Source: Gracilinanus agilis
Taxonomy: Eukaryota
Assembly: GCF_016433145.1 (NCBI RefSeq)
Contig: NC_058130.1
Location: 422,999,208 to 423,063,207 of the forward strand
Length of the DNA: 64,000 nucleotides
Direction of reading: 5' to 3'
Part shown: piece after piece, positions 51,290 through 61,045 of the stretch
Layout of the letters: every line of letters starts with the position of its first letter
How positions within the stretch are numbered: position 1 is the stretch's first letter
Translations under genes and position numbers: made by a program
Notes under the pieces: generated by a model
The model's input: only the letters and a program-made list of their open reading frames with translations
What the model was told of the DNA's origin: nothing
Databases searched by the model: none

Positions 51290-51480
51290 TTTTTTTTTCA
51301 ACCCTTATCTTCTATCTTAGAATAGATACTATGTATTGGTTCCGAGGCTAAGAAGAGAGGTAAGGGCTAGTGACTTGCTCTGGGTCACACAGCTAGGACT
51401 TGCCCAAGGCCAGATTTGAACCCAGGACCTCCCATTTCTGGACCTGGTTCTCTGTCCACTGAGCCACCTAGCTAACCCCA
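51290..51480 (-). mobile_element. SINE1_Mdo-type SINE
   Basis: T-tail, caacccttatcttc...ccactgagccacctagctaacccc. Confidence 0.85.
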
Positions 51481-52980
51481 TTTTTGATCCTGTAGCAATC
51501 TCCATCCTACATGAATCTGATCCCTTCAGGGCAGTATTGCCTCCAGCCCAACAGATCATAGCCCTTCTACCTCTTTATCATCTAATACTTATCTTTCCCT
51601 AAATCCCCTTGTAGCAGATCTCCCTATGTTCTGAGAACCACAAACAAGGTTAAATAAGTAGGCAGTCAGCAAAGAATGAGTATTAAAACTAAGCTCAATA
51701 TCTTAGATGACAATGATGCTCATAGAAAAGACAATTAGCAAATAAGCAATTCACTCATTCATCTAGGTTTTGTTAATTATCCACTGTAGGTAATAGTTGC
51801 TGTGAGAAATATAAAAGAAGTAATAGATTTTGGCCCTTCAACTGGAACTTATGCCGTAATTAGACTAAAAAGAAAAACATTAGTGATCACAACAGAACAC
51901 AAAGACTTTAAAAGAATACAGGACAATGAAAAAAGGGCTTAGCATTGCAAGACAGAATATCAGTCAATTAATCAGCAGTCATTTAGTATGGCCTACAGCT
52001 GTCTAGTCACTATGTTAGGCAAAGAGGATGCAAATACAAAAAATAATGCAAATTGAATAATAATAAAAAACCCCTCTTCTTAGGGAAGTTGCCTTCTATG
52101 GGTGAGAAAACATGCAAATTAATAAAGAATAAATGCAAAATAAGCACAAAGTCATTAAAGGTATGGTAGTTAGGGGAACCTAGGTGACAGTAAATTGAGT
52201 GCCAGGTCTGGATTTGGAAGGACCTGGGTTCAAATGTGACCTCAGATACTTAATAGATGTGTGACCTCAGGCTAGTCACTTAACCCCAACTGTCTCCCTA
52301 GCCTTTCTTTGTCTTTAGAGTTGTTACCAAGACAGAAAGGAAGAGTCTGGGATTTTATTTTAATGGAAGGTAATTAGGGAAGGAAGATCCTAGCAGTTGC
52401 ATCAAGTACAATATATACAAAGGTATATATTGAGGCATAGAAGTTAAGAAAGAAGACATGGAAAAATGGAAGCAGGGATGGATAAAAACACAAAGGGATG
52501 ACAAGTCTGGTTGGAGACATGGGGCTGCAATGAGAACTCATGAAAGAAGAGGGTATAGACATGGTGAGTCAGGGAAAAGAAAACATTTGGTGGCTTGGAA
52601 TGGTAGGCTAAAGGTCAATTCAGACTTAGGGCCTTTTCTTAGAAGATTAGCAAGAATTCTGGCTCAGTCCCCATCCTCTAACTCACAACAATGCATACTT
52701 CTTCTCCCACAGTCTTTTCCCACATCTCTCCCTAGTTCTAATAGCCAGGTAGCCGGGAGAATGAATTGATCTACAAGTCAGACAGTCAGTTAACAAGCAT
52801 TTAAGCACTTCTTATGTGCCAGGCACAAGGACCTATTTTAATGTTCATCTGAATCAAGAGGATGGTAATGATGGGTCTTGGAATAGTCAGCTGGCTCAGG
52901 GGAAGTTGTAAACCCCAAATTGTCTAGGATAAGCAATGACATTGGTTTTAATTAGTTGATTTCCCTCCCTTTTTTGTCAG

Positions 52981-53022
52981 AACAAAACTTCTCATGTATT
53001 AGGCTTCTCAACAGTGGTTTGA
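52981..53022 (+). CDS. PLEKHG4B: Candidate alternative C-terminal coding exon, NKTSHVLGFSTVV* (exon 52981-53042 if the donor at 53043 is used)
   Basis: Strong acceptor gatttccctcccttttttgtcag with branch-like TTAAT at 52948-52952; phase 0 fits exon P; ends in S-T-V-V-stop; ATTCA|gtaagt donor 20 nt after the stop. Confidence 0.5.
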   Translation, partial: NKTSHVLGFSTVV

Positions 53023-53456
53023 CTGGCAGGCAAAAACATTCAGTAAGTAACTGGTTTTTTCAGCTCAACACTGAAATAATCAAGTTAAATTGTTTAAAGG
53101 CGGGGGAGGTGTTCTGAGTTGCCACATCTGTGTCAAAGTTAACAATCAATTAAATTGGAGCATGCAGATGTTTCTCCAGGCTGATTTGCATGTCTAACCA
53201 TATTAAAAGAGCACGGGAAGCTTAATTGCACTGCCTGATATTAACAATCCTTCCTTCCTAAAGGGGGTTCTGCCGGAAAGGTAATGTAACGCTGCTCTCT
53301 GCTGCTTCTCCTTCACTGAATTTTCCCCTCTGTGTATCATGTGTCCAGCCACTTCTTGTCTAGGGGGATGGATTGCTCTCTAACAGAAAGGTGACTTTTA
53401 TAGCTGCCAAACTCTACCCACTCAGAGTGTGGCTGATATTCTTAGTTAGGAAATGC

Positions 53457-53462
53457 AATAAA
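53457..53462 (+). terminator. Possible proximal poly(A) signal
   Basis: AATAAA about 435 nt after the candidate stop at 53022; downstream element is weak. Confidence 0.25.
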
Positions 53463-53863
53463 GTATGGCAGTTCTAATCCCATCCCATTTATCATCAGCT
53501 TTACAGGCTGCCTATGACCAGGATGGATGACCAGAGACCCAAGCATAAGTTAACCCAACCCAAGATGTTTTAAAAAACAGAACAGCAAGCTCCATGACTT
53601 CTTTTGAGAATAAGTCAATACCATGCCTAGACAAGTTTCCTTTTGCCTGTGTCTGCCAAAACTTGTGACACAGTAGTTACATAGTGAGGGTTTGAGGGAA
53701 AGACATGACTTGAGTAACTTGCCTGGGATTAATAGACTGCTGGGAATTAAAGAATAGGGCAGTCATCTCTATTTTATTCACCTACCTACTGCTTTCTTTC
53801 CTCCTTTTGATTTTCACTCTTCCACTTGATACTCTTTCTTCCCTTTCCCCTACCCACCTAGAC

Positions 53864-54074
53864 CTGTGTTGGTGAACCTATGGCACACATGCCAGAGGGG
53901 CTGCTCCCTTCCCCCTCTCCATGCGCTGAGGACATTTCTCCCATCACCCACCCTTCTGCCCAGCAGCCCATGGGAGTGCTTCCTCCCTCCCCTGTCTGGG
54001 GTAAGGTCGGGGGCTTTCATGTACATGAGGGTTGCAGTTTGGCCACTGGGTCTCTGGAAGTTTCCCCATCACTG
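53864..54074. mobile_element. hAT-Charlie type MITE (family 1), 211 bp
   Basis: TIRs ctgtgttggtgaacct...aagtttccccatcactg; 8-bp TSD acctagac/acctagat. Confidence 0.8.
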
Positions 54075-55032
54075 ACCTAGATCATCCAGCCTTTTCAAGT
54101 AATGAGTTCCCAGCAACTGTTAAATTGTACAGTTTTCACAAGAGACTCTCAAATACTGGATGGAGAAGGTTGATAGGAAGAGATTGATGTGAAGCAGCGG
54201 GAGAGCCTGGTCTGTGCACTCCACTCAGGGATCCCCTAGTAAGATCATACATCCTGTTTCTCTAAATGGGAAGAGTTCCACATAGGAGGATTTGTACTGG
54301 CCAGTGCTGCCCAATTGAATCAAAGGCTAGAGCCCACAAATACTTCTGAGTTTTGAATAGATACAAACTGAAAGGACACCAAAGCAGAATGCTTAGCCCC
54401 TGCTGGAAGCTTAGTCCCAACTGTACCCTGAAGTATTCTGCATCTTTATCCATGAGGAATCTCTAAGTTTTGCTGGTAGTTACAGTCTTCAACTTGAGCC
54501 AGGTTAGTTTTTTAAAACATTTTCAGGATGTATTTGTATGTTAAAAAGCATCATGACCTACTACATGACCTAGGAAGTTGTTTAATCTCAAGCAACTTTT
54601 CAAGGCTGTAAATTGCAAAGCAGGTGGTGATCTGCACTGGTAGAATTCTCTCACAGCTAATTCTCTATACCAGGGCAGGTAGGGAGCACAGTGTATCGAA
54701 TGCTAGGCCTAAAGGCAAGGAGACTGATCTTCCTGAGTTCAAATCTGGCTTCTGACACTTCCTAGCTGTGTGACCCTGGGCAAGTCACTTCACCCTGTTT
54801 GCCTCCATTTCCTCATCTGTCAAATGAGTTGGAGAAGGAAATGGAAAATAATTCCAGTATCTTTGCCAAGAAAACCCCAAATGGGGACACAGGGTCAGAA
54901 CACAACTGAAAATGACTTAACAACAACAATAATTGTCTGTTCCAATGAAATTACAGATCTGGCCTCCACAAAAAACAAAACAAAACAAAACAAAAACAAT
55001 GAACTGAGTCCTGCCTTGCTCTTGATCTAGGG

Positions 55033-55244
55033 CAGTGATGGGCAAACTATGGCTCTTGGGCCAGATGTGGCCCCCTGAAATATTCCATCTGGCTGCACAC
55101 ATGCACGACATTATTCCTAATCTGACGAATACAATGAGTAGGATACAATACAATGAAACTTTGAAAGAGTTGCCTTAGAAACAGACTGACAGAAGAACAT
55201 TTCCTTTCCTTTGGCCCCCTCTTTAAGAAGTTTTTCCATCACTG
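55033..55244 (+). mobile_element. hAT-Charlie type MITE (family 2), 212 bp
   Basis: TIRs cagtgatgggcaaact...agtttttccatcactg; TSD atctaggg/gtctagag. Confidence 0.85.
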
Positions 55245-57145
55245 GTCTAGAGTATGCCCCCACTTAAAGAAAAGAACTCTTTGATTCATGAGGAGATCTC
55301 TAACAGTTGAAACGTTGGCTGGCCCATGCCCCTAGTTTCATACACACTGCTTTTCCTTATGCTTTTGTGACAAAATGCCCCCAAAGGACCAAACCAATTT
55401 ACCTAATACCTGATACATATGGGGATCATCAAGGTATCTTTTACAATTAATTTTTTCCAATATAAAAAATACTTCTACTATTTCTTTATCCTACCATATG
55501 AAAGGGCTAGCTTACCCTGCTGGTGCCCACCTGGCTAGGTGCTGGAGATATACAAATATATACTAGATGAAATACAGGTCCTTTTTTAATGGAGCTTATA
55601 CTCTAGTCATAGGTTAGAAAACACAGAAAGGATATCATAATATCTGAGATGCAAAGCTGAGAAGTGGAAGTCAAATGTGATGTCTCTGTGATATCTGAGG
55701 GGAGAATGCCATTACCAAGAAATTAAAAGAAAAGAGAGAGTCATAAAATTTGGTGCTGAAAGATATTATCAGAGATGTCTCCAAATGCCTCATTTTGGAG
55801 ATGAGACTGATGCCCAAAGTCACTCATGTTGTAAGTAGGAGAGCCTCTTGATTCTGAATCCCATGCTTTTTCCTACTGATCATGCTGACTATGCCATAAA
55901 AGTAAGGAAAGGAGCCATTGCCCTCCCAAAAGATGAGTACAAATAAGTCCCAGTTAGTGAAAATAATGGATTCCCCAAGTATTAGTTTAATTTGGACTAC
56001 CCATTTCCATCAGGCCAGAAGAATTAGCTTATTTTACATAGAATTCTAAATAGTGTGAATTCAATTTCAAATAAATAGTGAATTCAAAAATTCACTCATT
56101 GGAAACTGGCTATGTCTACATGGATTGGTAGCCAGAGTAGTTTGCATGGCTTAGTCAAGGTCTTCACCATTGTTATGGTATGTAAGAAAAGAAAATTCAT
56201 GGAAAGTTATGGTGCTTAAACTATTCTAAGGTTGATCAGTGACAATAAACTTATTGTATTTAAAAAAAAGCTGGACAAATATCCATTCAAACAACAATTT
56301 ATATTAAATAAAGACTCACTTCCCACTAATCATACTGTTAAATGAGCAGAGCTTCTGTCATAATTAGGGAATTTATTCACCTATGTTTAGAAAAAAATAA
56401 ACCCAAACCCAGTGAATTGAAACACTAAAAGTAAAATGTAAAAGATTTCATCTCACCTCTGATACTTACCTATGTATTTGATGCTGGGCAAATTATTATC
56501 TCTCTGGACCTCAGTTTCCTCATTTATAAAAGGAGGGATTTGGATTAGATGGTCCCTTGACATCTCTTCCATTCTGAATTTATGATCATAAGAGTAATGT
56601 GATCTAATACCATGGGAAGCCAGATGAGGCCATCACTGCTGCCACTGCTGCTGCTGGCCTTGGGGTTGTTTCAGGCTGATCTGTGACAATGTCCCACAGG
56701 GAAGCAGTTCCTGTAAACATGCTTATTAATAGATTTATCCTGTCATTCTAGGGTCAGAATCACAAACATAGAAGCACATCTTATGCAATGACTATTTTGC
56801 CCACAGAAACTTGTCTTTGAGGTTGGCCTGTCACTTTATGCCTGGAGCCCTGAGGCATGCAGACTTCATTGAGATCCACCTCGAATGTTATGGGTGAACC
56901 TATACCCAGTGAAGGAGGAAGAAAAAAACCTATACAAACTCAAGCGTTCAAGGAGGGGACCTTCTAAGCCAGTTCATGTAAACAGGATCTGAAGAGAGAA
57001 TCCCCTCTTCTACAATTAATCTTTAAGGACCTTCAGTGATGGGGAAATCACAACCTCCCTGAGGACATCCACTGCAATTTTGAGCAACTCTCTAAAGAGA
57101 TTTTTCTTACATTGGGCTGAAATCATCCTCTCTATAGTATCCATT

Positions 57146-58630
57146 AGCGTTTAAGGTTAAGGCCTTGAGCAAAATCTTTTAGGCATCAAATGAGAAAAAG
57201 AAGGCAGGAGTGGCTATTGTGATTTCTGACAAAGCCAAAGTAAAAATAGATATGATTAAAAAAGACAGGGAAGGTCATTACATCCTGATTAAAGGCAGTA
57301 TAAGCAATGAGGAAATAACACTGCTCAATATGTATGCACCAAGTGGCATAGCATCCAAATTCATAAAGGATAAACTGGCAGAGCTCAAGAAGGAAATAGA
57401 TAGTAAGACCATAATAGTGGGAGATCTAAATATTCCTCTTTCAGATCTAGATAAATCAAACCAAAAAAAAAAAAATAAGAAAGAGGTAAGAGATGAATGA
57501 AATCCTAGAAAAATTAGATTTAATTGATATTTGGAGAAAAATAAATAGGGACAAAAAGGAATACACCTTCTTTTCAGCTGCACATGGTACATTCACAAAG
57601 ATTGACCATGTAATAGGGCATAGAAACATTGCAAACAAATGCAAAAGAGCAGAAATAATAAATGTAACCTCAGATCATAATGCAATAAAAATAACAATTA
57701 GTAAGGGCATCTGGACAGGCAAATCAAAAACTAATTGGAAATTAAATAATATGATTCTCCAAAACCAATTAGTCAAAGAAGAAATCAGAAACAATCAACA
57801 ATTTCATTGAAGAGAATGACAATGATGAGACATCCTACCAAACACTGTGGGATGCAGATAAGGCAGTACTCAGGGGGAAATTTATATCCTTGAGGGCATA
57901 TATTAACAAATTAGGGAGTGCAGAGATTAATTAATTGGGCATGCAACTCAAAAAATTAGAAAGCGAGCAAATTAAAAATCCCCAGATGAAAACTAAATTA
58001 GAAATACTAAAAACCAAGGGAGAAATTAATAAAATCGAAAGTAAAAGAACTATTGAATTAATAAATAAGACTAGAAGCTGGCATTTTGAAAAAACAGATA
58101 AAATAGACAAAGTACTGGTCAATCTAATAAAAAAAGGAAAGAAGAAAACCAAATTGACAGTATCAAAGATGAAAAGGGAGACCTCACCTCTAATGAAGGG
58201 GAAATTAAGGCAATCATTAAAAACTATTTTGCCCAATTATATGGCAATAAATATAACAATCTAGGAGATATGGATGAATATTTACAAAAATACAAATTGC
58301 CTAGATTAACAGCAGAAGAAATAGAATACCTAAATAATCCCATATTAGAAAAAGAAATTGAACAAGCCATCAAAGAACTCCCTAAGAAAAAATCGCCAGG
58401 GCCTGATGGATTCACAAGTGAATTCTATCAGACATTCAAAGAGCAACTAATCCCAATTCTATACAAATTATTTGATATGATAAGCAAAGAAGGAGTACTA
58501 CCAAATTCCTTTTATGACACAAATATGGAACTGATTCCAAAGCCAGGTAGATCAAAAACAGAGAAAGAAAACTACAGACCAATCTCCCTAATGAACATAG
58601 ATGCAAAAATCTTAAATAGAATACTGGCAA
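57146..58630 (+). mobile_element. L1 ORF2 internal fragment (endonuclease to start of RT), truncated at both ends, frameshifted
   Basis: ORFs 57210-57500, 57493-57810, 57935-58264, 58270-58665: [59 protein letters not shown]; no 3'UTR or poly(A). Confidence 0.95.
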
Positions 58631-58715
58631 GTCATTTTACTGGCCCTCAGTTTCTTCATCTGTAAATTGAGGAAATTGGGCTAGATGATTTCTAAAGTCC
58701 CTTCTAGCTATAAAG
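58626..58715 (+). mobile_element. 3' half of a MIR fused directly to the L1 fragment
   Basis: ggcaagtcattttactggccctcagtttcttcatctgtaaa...ctagatgatttctaaagtcccttctagct. Confidence 0.8.
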
Positions 58716-59887
58716 CTTTGAAATGATGATCATGTTTTCCATGGGTTTTCTCTTTTCAAGGCTAAATATCTCTAGTTCCTACACCTGATCCTTGTGAAGC
58801 ATGTAGTTGTCCTTCCATTGTCCTTGTTGCTCTCCTCCACATGTCCTTCAGCTGATCAGTATCCTCTCCAAGAGGTGGCACCTTAAGGTGATAATACCAT
58901 TCCAAGCATATAGTGGACTAGACTGTCGGATAATTTGTTGTTGTTCAGTTGTTTCAGTCATGTCTGACTCTTCTTGATCCCAATTGAGGTTTTCTTGGCA
59001 GAGATTCTGAAGTGGTTTGCTGCTTCCTTCTCCAGCTCTTTTAACAGATGAGGAAACTGGGGCAAAGAGGGTGAAGTGACTTGCCCAGGAAGTATCCAAG
59101 GCTAGCTTTGAACTCACTTTAATCCAAGCATTCTGTCCATTGTGGCCCCTAGCTGCCACCATAGAATAATAATCTCCGTCATTCTGGACCCTAGTCTCCT
59201 GTTAGCCTAAACTCATAGTTCTTTTTTGTCTGCCATGTCACATTATTGATTCATACTGAGTGCCTGGTCCACTCAAACCTATAAATCCTTTCCTTCTAAA
59301 CTGCTGTCTAGCTGTATATCCCAAATCCAAAGCCTGCCAGCTTCAAAAGTAAAACTTCATATTCAATTTCATCGTATTAGCTTTGACCCATAGTTATGAC
59401 CCGTTGAAATCTCTTTGGGTCTCAATTGTGTCTCTCTGTGAGTTAGCTCACTCTTCCATCTATTTTCAGATTATCTGTAAAGCTGAAAAGGATGCTGCCT
59501 TCGTTGAAAGCACTGAATAAACTGTTAAAAAGAATAGGTCTACAAAAAGGATCCTGTGATGTTTCCCTACAGACTCCACTCATTGATCTAAATTCATTAA
59601 TCACCACTCTTTGAGACTAATTGTACAAGTAGTTAAAAATTCATCTTACTGAGCCATCATCTAGCCCATATCTCTCCATCTCATTCACAAGAATATTATG
59701 TGAGATTGTGTGTCAGATACCTCACTGAAATTCAGTAAATGTTCCATATGACATTCCTCTTACAGTATGCTGGAGCCAGCTACTTACAAGAGCTGATTGT
59801 TAAATTTTCACACGAGTATTTACACCTCAGAAACTGGCAAATATAATCAATCGGGGATTGACTTCTTGTTTTGTGAATTATCTAGAC

Positions 59888-60091
59888 TAGTGATGGGCAA
59901 ACTTTTTAAAGAAGGGGCCAAAGGAAAGGAAATGCTCCTCTGTCAGTCTGTTTCTAAGGCAACTCTTTCAAAGTTTCATTGAATTGTATCCTCCTCGTTG
60001 TATTTGTCAGATTAGGAATAATGTTGTATGGCTGAATAGAACATTTCAGGGGTCTGCATCTGGCCCGCAGGCCGTAGTTTGCCCATTACTA
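59888..60091 (-). mobile_element. hAT-Charlie type MITE (family 2), 204 bp, inverted relative to the 55033 copy
   Basis: TIRs tagtgatgggcaaact...agtttgcccattacta; TSD atctagac/gtctagac; reverse complement aligns along the 55033-55244 copy. Confidence 0.85.
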
Positions 60092-61039
60092 GTCTAGACA
60101 TAAGGAAGTGATAGGAGAAAAGTTAATAATACAGATTAACCCTAAATGTGTATCATGCATACATTTTTCCCAGAGAGCCAGTTGTTAAAGATTCATTAGC
60201 ATGCCCCAGCATTCTCATGATCTATCTAACCAAAGTTTTAAATTCAGGTCTTCCTGATTCCAAGGCTAGCACTTTGTCTGTTAGAGCAGCTAGGTTCTAC
60301 AAGGAGCTTTCCTCTTTGGCTCTGATTATACATTCAGAGAACCCCTGGATTTCAGAGCTGGAAGGGACCTTGATGAGCATCTTCTGCTTGCCATATTTCA
60401 GGATAATGATGCCTTTTAAGTAGATGCCAAGTTACAAAGCCATTCATGCAATTTTTTCACTCGCTAGCTGTCATTGAGAAAAACCACCTGTTCATTAAGT
60501 GTACAGATCTTCTCCTGGGCCATCTGACCAGCTTCCCCACATCTTCACACTCTTCTCAATTCTGTCCTCACTGAATTTCCTCAGCTTTTGACTTTAGGCT
60601 TCCCTTCTCATCCCTACCAAACTTCTCCCTGTATCCTTGCCCTATTCTGTGACCTTAGCTGGGAGAGAAATTGAGAGGGAGAGGTGTATGGTCCTGCAAA
60701 TAGTGATATTGGGGAGAGTGCACTCTGACTTCCTGGAGGGGGCTGCTGCAGGCTTGGAGACCATGGGTAAGGCATGTTTGCACTGCATGGTTGGGTAGCT
60801 ATTTTTCTTTGGCAGCATCATAATATGATGTCAAGACCCTGCTTTGTTCTGGGGGCTTGCTCTCTAAATGGCTTTGGATTCTCTTCTCAAAATGATTTAA
60901 TGTTCTGCCTGTTATCTAGAGGTTATAGGGAATGGAGGAGAGAAGGTGGAGGTGATCAGTCACTAGTGAGTTTCTACAATATTGAAGTCTCCCCAAAAGC
61001 AAGTAACCATTATATTAACAACAGTCACTGTTTTGACAG

Positions 61040-61045
61040 CTGTGA
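61040..61045 (+). CDS. PLEKHG4B: Candidate terminal exon start, adding L* (C-terminus ...QYITTL)
   Basis: Branch TTAAC at 61015-61019 and cactgttttgacag|CTG TGA; phase 0 fits exon P; followed by about 1.5 kb of repeat-free UTR-like sequence. Confidence 0.4.
   Translation: M

Larger units (their letters stand above)
57000..59880 (-). mobile_element. CR1/L3 LINE remnant, fragmented by L1, MIR and MAR1-type insertions
   Basis: CR1-like pieces at 57000-57145, 58725-58930 and 59160-59880 (ccatcatctagcccatatctctccatc, tcactgaaattcagta). Confidence 0.7.

Noticed and set aside
52713-52769. Good acceptor cttcttctcccacag giving SFPTSLPSSNSQVAGRMN*
   Set aside because: Sits among L2 remnants, has no convincing donor or poly(A) signal and no recognisable terminal motif; kept only as a lower-ranked alternative.
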